Shown: positions 1-10,707, counted from the first letter of the stretch. The stretch: 64,000 bases of DNA from Amoeboaphelidium occidentale (GCA_023515795.1 JALGPX010000008.1:62001-126000); one strand, 5' to 3'. The notes: a model not told the origin generated them from the letters alone. Program-made: numbers and translations.

Positions 1-252
1 CTGAAAGAACGATTTAGTATTCATCACATCGTTAACGCAGCCCCTGAGCTCAATGTTCGACCCAAAGTAGTTAATACCAATGAACAAGGCTTTTGATCTA
101 CCGACAATCTGCGGTCTAGGCTTTCGAAACATTGGGATTAACTCTTTACCAGCCATCGTTCTGTGCTTATTTGGGACATCTGAGCGTCTAATATCGTTCA
201 TTTCGATAATAAGAATGTCATGGGAAGTCGAACTTAATAAGAATGCTAGCAT
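1..252 (-). CDS. MCA1: Metacaspase, N-terminal part (runs off window start)
   Basis: Manual translation, not in ORF track: ...GRSKALFIGINYFGSNIELRGCVNDV..., the type I metacaspase p20 start motif. In-frame ATGs at 252 and 201. Confidence 0.85.
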   Translation of the reverse strand, partial: MLAFLLSSTSHDILIIEMNDIRRSDVPNKHRTMAGKELIPMFRKPRPQIVGRSKALFIGINYFGSNIELRGCVNDVMNTKSFFQ

Positions 253-445
253 TGTTTACATAGTTGAGCAGGAAGGGCAAGTGTCGCGAAAGGATTCGAG
301 GTTGTTTGAGCGCGCTCCACTCAACATCAACCGTCATACTTTAACGCATTCAAGTTGCATGTCTCTGTTGCTTTAGGAAGGCATGTTATATTCGTTGCCT
401 TGAGAACAGCGCATGAAACATTTTAAAATCCCTGTCTATAGAGAA

Positions 446-1010
446 TCACTTTCTATTTGGTGGCGACATTGGCTCAATTGGCTTGCTTGGCTGTGGCGGT
501 TTTCTAGACTCTTCAAAGTAAACCTCTTTCGGTTTGTTCTCTACAAGCACAAGATCAATTAATTCTGTGCTTCAACAAGGAGTATCATACCTGCTTCTAC
601 TCTTTCATTTAGCTTCTTATACTCTGGCTGTGTCTGTAACAGTTCCTCTTTTCTCTAATTGTTAAAATCACTGACGTACCGATCAAGTGCCATACCTTTC
701 TCCATTGCTCATCCAATTGTTTAGCCCGTTGTTGTACGAGAGCTTGTCGCTGTAAGTCTGCCATGATTTCCTCTAACGTGGGTGGCTCCAGTCTAGTATG
801 AGAAAGCCAAGAGCGCCATTGCACGGGTATCTTATCAGAATTATATCCAGCAGGACTCATATTAGTTGGCCCACCGCGATATCCCGCAGCTGTCATGGTC
901 CTCCTGGTCCTCGGTCTGCCTGGTACAACTTCTTCGTAATAGCTATTTCCATAATTATCTTTACCCTTGAACTTTCTACGGGAGAACCAACTGAACAAGT
1001 TTCGGATCAT
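446..1010 (-). CDS. NDUFA12-family protein, probably complex I assembly factor NDUFAF2-like; 2 introns
   Basis: GKDNYGNSYYE and IPVQWRSWLSHTRLEPPT motifs. Two GT-AG introns (~656-696, ~541-590) give an open frame to TGA at 446. Confidence 0.8.
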
Positions 1011-1056
1011 TGTGATATCAAAACTGATGTACAGCTTTATTAAATACTAAAATAAC

Positions 1057-1710
1057 TCATAATTCCTGTCTCAAAAGCGTTTGTTCTGGATACTGAAAGT
1101 TCGTAATGGTGTTATCATTTGTACAATCGCATACTTCTATCTGAGCCTCTGTGTACTTTTCGCATGTACCCTTAGATCTCACCACAGTATCTAAGCGCAC
1201 CACATTCTGTTGACAAATATGCATCATAGAGGGATTATAGTTGGGCCCTTCTTTACCCTGAGGTCCAAATCTTGCATAGCATGTGTTGATCATACAGCCA
1301 CCAAGCTTTGTATCGCATTCTGCCTTGCGCACTCCACAAGAACGGTAACAAACATCTAGATCCCTACAACAAGTTTTAAACTCATTACCAAACATATCAG
1401 GACTCAATAGACCGAAGCATGTGGAGTTCGGTTCCTTTAAGTTAACATTTAATCGTTGCCTCGGGTTAACATCATGATCTGAACACATGAAAGCATCACA
1501 TTGTGCTCCAGGTGGATGTGCATTATCCATATTATTTTTGAATGATCTGGTTGGTTTTAAACCATCGTAAACCTTATTATCAATAACAATATTATCTCTC
1601 ATATTCATAATGGCTGGAGTCTGAGTGACTTCCGGAGCATAACCAGAGCATGTAGATAACGCTAGCATGAAAAACAGCGAGTTTGAAACAATTCTCTTTA
1701 GGTATTCCAT
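1057..1710 (-). CDS. Group XII secretory PLA2-like protein, catalytic His replaced by Leu; intronless
   Basis: Signal peptide, Cys pattern FKTCCRDLDVCYRSCG..K..CD, C-terminus RQEL. ATG at 1710 preferred over the upstream non-ATG start. Confidence 0.75.
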   Translation of the reverse strand: MEYLKRIVSNSLFFMLALSTCSGYAPEVTQTPAIMNMRDNIVIDNKVYDGLKPTRSFKNNMDNAHPPGAQCDAFMCSDHDVNPRQRLNVNLKEPNSTCFGLLSPDMFGNEFKTCCRDLDVCYRSCGVRKAECDTKLGGCMINTCYARFGPQGKEGPNYNPSMMHICQQNVVRLDTVVRSKGTCEKYTEAQIEVCDCTNDNTITNFQYPEQTLLRQEL

Positions 1711-1838
1711 AATAGCTTGAGCTGAAACAATAAAGATATCCACAAAAGAATCACTTGGAACATGTTTGGATCCAAGCGAAGTTGTTGCAGTGTTTGGACA
1801 CATTCTTTTGTTTTCCATTACCAATTTGCTTTACCAGA

Positions 1839-2507
1839 ATGCTCAGACTATCTTTAATCATTTGTTTTGTTCTCATAATTGCCCCAGTAAGCCTTCATAA
1901 CTCTTAAAGTCCCGTTTATGGTTTCGCTTTCTGTAGCAAACATGGTCACAATCTGAGTATATGAGCGCAGACACAGGCTTTGATGTTGAACAATTCAGAG
2001 AGGAGAACGCCATTAAGATGAAGGAACATAAACCCATAATGTCAGACCACGGAAAGGGCTGCGCATACCTCTGCAAGAATGGTGCTGTCCCAACACCAAA
2101 GAAATTCTACAGACCAAAGTACAACGGATGTGGTATTCCTGGAAACATTAAAGGCATGACATGGGATGATTCTAATTTCCAATTCAGAGGCTGTTGTGAC
2201 GATCATGGTAAGTTCTGTTGTAACATCTTGGCTTAATTTTAAAGACATGTGCTACGGAACTTGTAACAAGCCAAAGCCAAAATGTGACAAGACATTTGAG
2301 AGGTGTCTATTGGGATGGTGTGATCGCCACTGGAAAGGCAAGGACGCTGAACTCTATCAGAATTGCACTTCAAGAGCTCAAAAGATTCACGGACTGACAA
2401 AACTGATGGCTTGCGGAATGTATCATGACGCTCAGGAAGAAGCATGCGATTGTTTCAAGTCGAAAGTCGCTGGTGAAATTGAGAAGGAAGATAATGACGA
2501 ATTGTAA
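1839..2507 (+). CDS. Group XII secretory phospholipase A2, paralog 1; introns 1887-1936, 2208-2244
   Basis: Spliced: signal peptide MLRLSLIICFVLIIAP, NGCG Ca-loop, CCDDHDMCYGTC with intact His-Asp, ends DNDEL. Confidence 0.85.
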
Positions 2508-2643
2508 TAAATCGAAATGTCTCATTCGCATCAGGAAGTGACGCTTTTCCTTTTGGCATTTCCGCCTCGCTGTCGTTCTCGATCGGATGCCTTGTTTGGA
2601 CTCTTGCCAATTGTTGCGCTTTGGTTCCAGAGATTTCCGTAAA

Positions 2644-3309
2644 ATGTTGCGTACATTAACATTCTGTTCAATTGCATTTCTTTTGGTAACATTTAATCCT
2701 TCTACTTCAATTAGTAACTCTTCCTAATCCTTGTAGATTGTTCTGTGCCGTCAACCTCAAGTCGATGCTGATCCTGGTTTCGACATGGAGAAGTTCCGAG
2801 AGGAAAGCATGTTGAAGATGAAACAACCAAAAGCTGTCATGGCCGACATGGGGAAAGGCTGTGCTTATCAGTGCAAGAACGGAGCAGTTCCGACACCAAA
2901 GAAGCACTACAAGCCAAAGTATAATGGTTGTGGTATTCCAGGCAATTTCCAGGGCATGAAGTACGATGATGCTGACTTTCGGTTTGAACCATGTTGCAAT
3001 GAACACGGTAAGAGAGCCTCTGTGCTTTTCTAAATTCATCGTTTAGATGTTTGCTACGGTCAGTGTAACAAGCCAAAGTCCAAGTGCGACAAGGATTTCA
3101 CCTCGTGCATGCAAAACTGGTGCAAAAGAACTTATGAAAACATTGATGATGAATTGTTTCAGAATTGTACTAAGAGACAGCAAATGATTACAACAAGCAC
3201 AAAGTTGTTTGCTTGTGGTATGTTCCAGGAAGCTCAGGAGGATGCTTGTGAATGCAACAAGGAAAACGTTGCAGGCTCAATTGAACCAGCAAACAATGAT
3301 GAATTGTAA
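2644..3309 (+). CDS. Group XII secretory phospholipase A2, paralog 2; introns 2686-2736, 3008-3046
   Basis: Spliced: signal peptide, NGCG, CCNEHDVCYGQC, ends NNDEL. Clearly paralogous to 1839-2507. Confidence 0.85.
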
Positions 3310-3341
3310 GCTTTTGGAAGAATTAAATTAAGGATTTAAGT

Positions 3342-4615
3342 TTATTTTATCGTGCCTTTTGTAACTGTTGCAGTAGTGACAACTCCAGTTGCAGTTTTAA
3401 ACAAACAAACTCTTTCTGGTTTTCCTTCTTCTTGGAATTTGTACGCGCCACGCTTCTCGTCGTCAGTGAACAATCCTGGTTGAATAGTTTCCCATACTTT
3501 CTTCTTTGGGTTTAGAACAGAATCTGGTTGTCCCTCTTCAAATGTTTCGAAAAAGGCCTTGTCTCCAGGTTTCGCATCTTTGGGTGGTATAAGTATTTCT
3601 ACTTTACCATCTGCACCTGTTGCGCACAGAACCATTCCTTCAGACTTGACACCTCTCATGCTATAGTCGATTAGTTAGTGCAACTCTGAAAGAATAGGCA
3701 TTACCTTGCTGGTTTCAAATTGCATAGAACAAGAACCATTCGATTCAACATTTCATCTAAAGGAACGTGTTTAACAAGTCCTGAAACAATTGTTCTTGGT
3801 TGACCTTCACCCAAATCAATTTGTTCGACATACAAAGCGTCAGCATTTTCGTGTTGTTTACATTCAACAATCTTTCCTACTCTGATGTCTAGCCTTGCAG
3901 GATTATTAATGGCAAGCTCCGGAATTTCGTTTTTAGCTGCAGCAGGTTGCTTAGGTGCCTTTTCTTTCTTCTCCTTCTTTTCTTTCTTGACCTTTTTGTC
4001 TTGTTCTTGAGGTTCAGTTGCGGCTTGTTTTTTCGACTCCTTCTTGTTTGCGTCCTTCTTCTCCGCAGCAGGAGCAGTTGGGGCATTATTAACAGTCTCA
4101 GCTGGCGCTTCCAATTCGAATTCTACTTTAGACAGTTTACCAAACTTTTGAACTTTCTCATGGTGTTGCACCAAATCAAACCATCTGATCAAATGATTAA
4201 CTTCGAACCTTCTCTTAGGAGTGGTCTTTTCAATGAACGGATGCAATGAGACGTACAATACCAAGTCAGCCAATGATAAATTGTTACCAACAAAGTATGT
4301 CTTCAATGACAAGTATTCGTTCAGATACTTTGAAAATGCCTTCTGAGCGCCAAGGTCATTAAGGGATGGCAACACGGTATCGTTAGAGTAAGAAAGCCAT
4401 TGGTGCACTTGAGCCAACTGAGCCTCGTCTTGAGGAACCAATCCAGCCAAATTACCCAAATATTCCAACACGCTGGTTTTGCCCTTTACAGATTCTGCCC
4501 CAGTCACAGAGCATTCAGCTCCGTCCGTAATTTTGATATCAGCCTTAGGCACAAAGGAAGCCACAAGAGCGACATCTAAATCCTTCGTGTTCGCAGTGAC
4601 AGTAACAGCAGACAT
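3342..4615 (-). CDS. ARC1: Arc1p-type aminoacyl-tRNA synthetase cofactor (GST-like + Lys-rich linker + EMAPII OB fold); intron 3661-3704
   Basis: [54 protein letters not shown]-terminal GST-C-like [12 protein letters not shown]. Confidence 0.9.
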
Positions 4616-4750
4616 CGTTTGATTCCGGAAAAATCTTTGTGTAGAGGTGTTGGCTAGATACCTCTGAGGAAGCGATAGCAACGGAAAACTTTGCAAAGAC
4701 TGCTTTAAAACAGCGTACCGAAAACTGCAAGGCGATACCATTTGACTAAA

Positions 4751-5797
4751 ATGCAGCACGAGCAGGATACAATTGAGACGATTTTCTACGCAGAATTCCA
4801 TCCGCAACAAGGACCTATAATTGCCTACAGTCTTCCTTTCAACCAGCCTATTCAGAAGTGGACAGAACCTATTCTGGACTACATTATTCCTAAGGCTGAC
4901 CTCTGTAATAAGCTAATCACAATGTATCACGAAGAGCACACTTTGATTACGTTTCCTGTGTTTATAGAGAATAGCAGGTTAGCTTGGTTAATGTTAGAAA
5001 CCTTTAATGTGTCAGGTACGAGAGGAATGCATACATGTTCAATATGGCTTTTGTCATGAAACATCCGTGTGCTTATGATGTCTATGAGCCTTCTGTCAGA
5101 AAATTGGCATACATGCTGGAACGTATAGAAAGGGAGTTCTATGCTTTGTCTCTGAGGCTGGTTAATATTGTTGACTTAATGAAGCAGCTCTTTTACGATT
5201 TAAACCAGTTTGGAGATTCCGCTATTTCTGTTTCAGGATCTGGAGGTCTTATCGCATCCATAAATTTATCCCTAAAGAAACAGGATTCCCCAGCAGAAAT
5301 TTCACCAACTGATGTTCCTGTATTGATTGCTCACGTTGATACTTCAGACGTCTCAGTGCACAGAGTAATTCATGCTGTTCTGGTGGATAGCTGATTTGTA
5401 GGTTTTAATGTGCATCAATGGTGTTGATAATGTAACAAAAATATCCTTTAAAGCTTCAGTTGATTTGAAAATTGTACAAGGCGTCTTGCAGCATTTAGTT
5501 CAATTGGGTTGTGTTTTTATGGTTGATGCCTTCAAGTTTAGTAATGTTTACTTGCCGACGAAATCAGCACCAAACATAATGGCACTCCGTGATAAATGTG
5601 TCAACTTTTTATTCAGAGGATCATCTGATACAATGAAACAAGAATCAAAGAAAATAACTCCATACCAACTATTCATGTCTATACTCAAATTAAAGAACAT
5701 GAAGGATATTCAAGGCATCGACTTGAGGAGGTTTGTGGCATTTTGCATGTTTCATAAACTCATAAGAAGAAAAGAGAGTCTCAATAGAGCACAATGA
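4751..5797 (+). CDS. NPR2: Nitrogen permease regulator 2 (GATOR1/SEACIT subunit); introns 4978-5015, 5365-5401
   Basis: [61 protein letters not shown]. Confidence 0.85.
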
Positions 5798-5800
5798 GAA

Positions 5801-6736
5801 TCACTTGTCCTTCTTTTTTAGGGAAACATCTGTGCCGTACTTGTTTTTCAAAATATCTCTAACTTGAGCCATTTCCATTCCTTCTCTGCGCTTCTTACGA
5901 ACCTTGTCATTATCATCCCTTCCGCGTTTAATAGCGCCTTCTTTGTAATTTAGCGGAATACCTGTTTTGTGTTTCTGCATTTCTAAGATCATTCTTTCTT
6001 CTTTAGTAAGACCTTCAATGTCTTCATCTTCAGAATTGTACTCTTTTAGCTCTGTCAAATACTCTCCCATATGCTCTTGATAGTCCATGTCGTTGAAATC
6101 TGTGGCATCATTCTCAATCTTTGTAAGTAACTTTTCCTTTGTGTCTGGAACTTCCATTTCATCAGATTTCAATTTAGCGATGTTGGAGGCCTTGACATTC
6201 AGCGCATTCTTCAGTTCAGTTTGAATAATGTCTTGTTCCTTTGCAGCTGCATTAGAAGGTTTCACCACAGGCGCATCAAACAGCTTTTCGATCTTCTTTG
6301 GGACAGGCGCGGCATTGCTCTTACTACCAGCAGCACCTCCGAACAACGACGCAAAGTCAATCTTCTTTACTTTTTCAATAATTTCCTTGTCTGCTTTCGG
6401 AGCCTCTTTGCTCGCTGCGACCTTTTCATTTTCGATCTTCTTGCGCTCTTGATCTCGTTTGCTTAATGCGCCACAGACTTTGTACATGACAATTTGTTCT
6501 TTGAGCCGCCCAGCAATCCTTAAGCTGCTCTGCCTCGTAATATCATAAAACAAATCATCGGAGACGTCCATTTCATAAGCAGAGTACCCAAACTTATCAT
6601 CTTTCTTAGAAACATGTCGCTGACCATCGGAAGCTTTGATATCATAGATCGCATTGAGTATTTCCTTGTGTAGTTTAGAATGCTCATGTTTTACGATGAG
6701 TTTCTTTACGAGGTTCTTAGCTTCAGATAATTCCAT
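5801..6736 (-). CDS. Possible RED/IK (Smu2)-like splicing factor, N-terminally shortened
   Basis: AYEMDVSDD and QIVMYKVCGALS resemble the distal RED_N region, and the C-terminal EMAQVRDILKNK resembles the RED C-terminus. Recalled similarity only. Confidence 0.45.
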   Translation of the reverse strand: MELSEAKNLVKKLIVKHEHSKLHKEILNAIYDIKASDGQRHVSKKDDKFGYSAYEMDVSDDLFYDITRQSSLRIAGRLKEQIVMYKVCGALSKRDQERKKIENEKVAASKEAPKADKEIIEKVKKIDFASLFGGAAGSKSNAAPVPKKIEKLFDAPVVKPSNAAAKEQDIIQTELKNALNVKASNIAKLKSDEMEVPDTKEKLLTKIENDATDFNDMDYQEHMGEYLTELKEYNSEDEDIEGLTKEERMILEMQKHKTGIPLNYKEGAIKRGRDDNDKVRKKRREGMEMAQVRDILKNKYGTDVSLKKKDK

Positions 6737-6758
6737 TACAAAAACTCTTTTCCGTAAA

Positions 6759-7033
6759 ATGATTAAATTTCTTCGATCTCTGTTCCCTGTGCCTCCAAAG
6801 CAATTTCCAAAGCATGCGACTGAGCTGGGATGGGCTCCTCGTCCTGATAATCCAAATTATCCTTTTCACATGCCGCCAAAGTACCACGACTACGCTGCAA
6901 AGGCTCTGGGTGGAATATTCGTCTTTTGGATTCTGTTGAGATTTAAAGAGGATGGAAAGCATGAAATACTTGTAAGTGGATGATGGTTAGGACATTGTGC
7001 TGATCTTTTTAGGGCATAAGGCCAGAGCACTAA
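6759..7033 (+). CDS. NDUFB2: Complex I subunit NDUFB2 (AGGG)-like; intron 6972-7012
   Basis: HDYAAKALGGIFVFWILLRFKEDG..EILG; single TM helix; spliced end GIRPEH*. Confidence 0.7.
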
Positions 7034-7370
7034 GTCATAAGTTATGCTTTAGGCTTCTTATGGGAATGTTGTATACCTTTAAAAACTAATAAAAACGGTC
7101 TATTTGATAACTTCAGGGCTGCCCCCTGCTGGAAGTTCTGGTTTAGGTTTGAGGGCTACGTACTAAGCTATGTTCTAGATCATAAGGCTTAGAGATTTAA
7201 ATGATGTTTCAGGCGTGCGCTTAGTGATCATCTTGGACCAGGCACACTGTACTTAAGCAGCATCATCATGGAGCCTGTAGACTTGCTTGAATTGCTCCTG
7301 AATGTTTGTGAGACTTGGAGGCAAGAGCATCCAATCTGCGTTGATTTACGTGTGTTGATTATTCCTCACA

Positions 7371-9740
7371 ATGTCTTCAAACTTATTCCGCCTGTATGAG
7401 GCTGACGACGATGATATCGAAATGAATGCAATAGATTTACAGGCTGGTAATGATTTGGTTATGAATTCCGTTTTGGAGGAGCAACATCACGCTATTGAAG
7501 ATCAGCATAAATATGGGCATCTCCCCTTACCTTTGAGGTTACTAGTCAAATATCATTTCACGGCGTCTTTACGGGAAAAATTTACATTAGCAGTATCATG
7601 TTTGCTGTTGGTGTTGTTGGTGCTGCTTGGCTTCATGTTTGTACACGGGAATGCTTCCACTGTCGTTACAGTCCCACGTGTTGATGGTGTTACCAATGTC
7701 ACATCTCATGATGTCTGTACTTCTAAAGGCTGTATACGATCGTCTGCACGCATAATGTCAATGCTTAATGAGAAAGTGTCACCATGTGATGACTTCTATG
7801 AGTTCAGCTGTGGCAATTTTATGAAATACAATGACGTTCCTACAGGTGAGACAAAAATTGACGCATTTACAGAGATGAGAAGGCGAAATGAATTGAGAAT
7901 GAAATACCTGCTTGAAAGCGGTTTCGATGCTCTGCAGAATGCTGATACCCAAATGGTACCTTTGTATGATAAGGCTAAGGACTTGTACTCTACTTGCATG
8001 AATACTTCTCATATTGAAAGCCAAGGGATGCAGCCATTAATTAATTTTCTAAAGGAATTCTTTAACGTGTTTCCTGCTTCTTACAACGATATCACAGAAT
8101 CTCCAACTGTTGTTCTCGCTAAGGGTCTAGCGTTCTTGCAGAAGAGAGGTATCGATGTCTTGTTTACTACAACGGTAACTGAGTACACTGTGAACTCTAC
8201 GAGATATGTTCCCTCTTTGCAACAAGGTGGTCTGACCTTTCCTGAGATGCAAATGTACAAAGACGCTAAAGCTCGAACGAAAGTAGCAGGCGTAATTGCT
8301 GAAACTCTGTATCTGGTGTATAAACACAAAGGTGATAATGAATGGATGCCTGAAGAACAAAATCAGCGAGCATCCTTCTTCAAGGATATCGCAGCAGATA
8401 TCATTTCATTGGAAACTGATCTTGCGCAGCATTTCGTAAAAGAAGATGAGTTACTAGATGAGTTGAAGGAAGCAGAAAGTTTTTCACTGCAATCGCTAAA
8501 CAAGGATGTGAAATTTCTGAATTGGACCACTTACTTTGAAAATTACTTGCCAACGAAAGTTACTCTTGATTCAAATTATACAGTCGTTAGCCCCACTGGA
8601 AGATACTTGAAATCAATTAGCTCTATCTTTGAGGGATCAAGTTTTGAAACGATGAGACGGTATTTGGTTTGGAAGATCGTTTCCAAGTTCATGGAGCACA
8701 TGCCTGCTGTCTTTATGAAACAAAGCGTGCAGTTTACGGAAATAACGAAGAATAGGATGTTTATTCCGGAAAGGTGGAACACGTGTGTTGACTTTGCAAA
8801 CAGTGCAGGAAAATTGATAATTTCTGAAGGATTTGTGAAGAGCTTTTTTCCTTACAAGGAACACGACAGTGCTGTGAAGACTCTGACATCATTGGAACAG
8901 GCATTAATTAAGAGTGCTTCTAATTCCGAGTGGCTTTCAAAGGAGTCGAAGCACATGATATCTAAAATTTTCAATGATCTGGAATCAAGAATCGGATTTG
9001 CTAGTTATGTGGCTAATTCATCTTTTCTCCTGGAATACCACAAAGATTTGGTGGTTGATCAGAAAGATTTCTTTGTGAACTTGATCAATTCTGAAATATT
9101 CTTTAGAAAGCAAAAGTTGAGCCTTCTTTGGATTCCTTCGCTGGAGAAAGTCTTTCAAGAATCTCCGCAAGATACAAATGTGCAATATTATCCAAACAAT
9201 AACATGATCACGATACCTGTCGGATCTTTGAGCTTTCCACTTATTGATGCGAATGTACCAAGTGTTTTGAATTACGCTTCTTTTGGCTCGGTTCTTGGAT
9301 TTCACTTGACGGATGCATTCCGTCATCTTTCACGAAATCTTAACAAAGAAGCAGCAGCATTATTTGAGACTAAATTGGAGTGTTTTGGCAAAGAGTTTGA
9401 TGTCTCTGAAGGGACTGATGAGATTGAAAAGCAGCGGAAGTCGCTTCAGCAATTCGTTGCTTTAAGTTCTGGTCTTGATCTGAGTTATTCTGCCTACAAT
9501 TCGTCTAATGCTGACGGCTCAAAACTTGCTCTTCCTGGTCTCAAATTCTCAAGTGATCAATTATTTTTTATGTGGTATGCTCAAACATGGTGTGGAAAGG
9601 AACGTGTACAGAATAATGGTGCTTCAACTTTCTTCTCTAACAAGAACCTGGTTAATGGAGCTGTTAAAAATAATCCCAGTTTCACCAAGGCCTTTAAATG
9701 TCAAAAAACTTCTCAGCCCAATTGTTCTTTATGGTATTGA
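7371..9740 (+). CDS. M13 (neprilysin/ECE) type II membrane protein, predicted catalytically inactive
   Basis: TM anchor, CTSKGC, SPCDDFYEFSCG, RWNTC, QLFF..YAQTWC, C-terminal C.LW. The HExxH position reads FHLTD. Confidence 0.85.
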   Translation: MSSNLFRLYEADDDDIEMNAIDLQAGNDLVMNSVLEEQHHAIEDQHKYGHLPLPLRLLVKYHFTASLREKFTLAVSCLLLVLLVLLGFMFVHGNASTVVTVPRVDGVTNVTSHDVCTSKGCIRSSARIMSMLNEKVSPCDDFYEFSCGNFMKYNDVPTGETKIDAFTEMRRRNELRMKYLLESGFDALQNADTQMVPLYDKAKDLYSTCMNTSHIESQGMQPLINFLKEFFNVFPASYNDITESPTVVLAKGLAFLQKRGIDVLFTTTVTEYTVNSTRYVPSLQQGGLTFPEMQMYKDAKARTKVAGVIAETLYLVYKHKGDNEWMPEEQNQRASFFKDIAADIISLETDLAQHFVKEDELLDELKEAESFSLQSLNKDVKFLNWTTYFENYLPTKVTLDSNYTVVSPTGRYLKSISSIFEGSSFETMRRYLVWKIVSKFMEHMPAVFMKQSVQFTEITKNRMFIPERWNTCVDFANSAGKLIISEGFVKSFFPYKEHDSAVKTLTSLEQALIKSASNSEWLSKESKHMISKIFNDLESRIGFASYVANSSFLLEYHKDLVVDQKDFFVNLINSEIFFRKQKLSLLWIPSLEKVFQESPQDTNVQYYPNNNMITIPVGSLSFPLIDANVPSVLNYASFGSVLGFHLTDAFRHLSRNLNKEAAALFETKLECFGKEFDVSEGTDEIEKQRKSLQQFVALSSGLDLSYSAYNSSNADGSKLALPGLKFSSDQLFFMWYAQTWCGKERVQNNGASTFFSNKNLVNGAVKNNPSFTKAFKCQKTSQPNCSLWY

Positions 9741-9835
9741 ACTTTGACGTGTCTTTCGGATTGTAAATCTTCTACGCCTTGACAACCAGCCGTCTATAAA
9801 TAGATTACTGTCACAGTTTTTCTTTGACAAAAGAC

Positions 9836-10651
9836 ATGAGCTCCTCTTCAAGTAGCAGTAAGGACACTTATGGAAAGAAAGATCTACAGAGGCGAATCTT
9901 CTTAAACACGATGAGAAGTGTATATCCAGATTCGATCCAGATCAAGTATGTATGGAGCGATGATGATATGAGCTACATCTTGAAACCGATTTCAGTTCTG
10001 AAGAAGTGCAAAGACATGGAAGATAAAACCTGGGGTGATTTGATGAACCAACTGAATGATATATTCTTGAAGCACATCAATGTTCGTAACAAAGTCGTTC
10101 CTTGTGCGTGGTTAGTTCTCGCTGTTATAGCTGCATTATACTTGGCAATAGGATTTGCTTCTAATAGCTTTAGTTCTGTTGCGTACCTTGTTGCAGGTCC
10201 TATTGTGTTCATGTTCTTGTGTGTTCTAATCCCAAACACTTGCTATACAATGCTGGCTGTTAAACCTTTGTTCAAAGATTTTGAGAATTGGAAAAGAACT
10301 TGCATAAGTAAATTTGATAAGGCAGGAATTGAAGTGATCAGAATAACTACAGGTGGTTTACTTAGTGATCGTTCTCCTTACATAGTCCTTGGTGCAATTT
10401 ACTACGGATCAGGAGTATGGTTCCGTTACCAGGACTGCGCAATTGAAATTTTCTGGCGTTCTATTAAGAGCAGCAAGCGTGTACGTAGATATTCGTTGAT
10501 GATACAAACCAGCGCTCTGGTAAATAACAATGATGATCAGGATGATGCGAACCCAAGATCTGACCCAACAGTTAATGAGCATCGTCTAACAGAAACTATA
10601 GACGAGAGCCTGTCTATTTCTACTCTCGATCTCACAGCAGAACAGGTATAA
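9836..10651 (+). CDS. Hypothetical membrane protein (2 predicted TM helices)
   Basis: Open frame of about 270 codons with two adjacent hydrophobic segments; no motif recognised. Confidence 0.6.
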   Translation: MSSSSSSSKDTYGKKDLQRRIFLNTMRSVYPDSIQIKYVWSDDDMSYILKPISVLKKCKDMEDKTWGDLMNQLNDIFLKHINVRNKVVPCAWLVLAVIAALYLAIGFASNSFSSVAYLVAGPIVFMFLCVLIPNTCYTMLAVKPLFKDFENWKRTCISKFDKAGIEVIRITTGGLLSDRSPYIVLGAIYYGSGVWFRYQDCAIEIFWRSIKSSKRVRRYSLMIQTSALVNNNDDQDDANPRSDPTVNEHRLTETIDESLSISTLDLTAEQV

Positions 10652-10707
10652 TCTCTTAAAGCTGAATAGAAATTTATTTCTCGAATCCAAACCGCCTTTT
10701 CTTTCAC

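Noticed and set aside
80..376. 98-aa plus-strand ORF, and the many other short nested ORFs in the track
   Set aside because: They are antisense or out of frame to recognisable genes (here the metacaspase) and carry no motifs.
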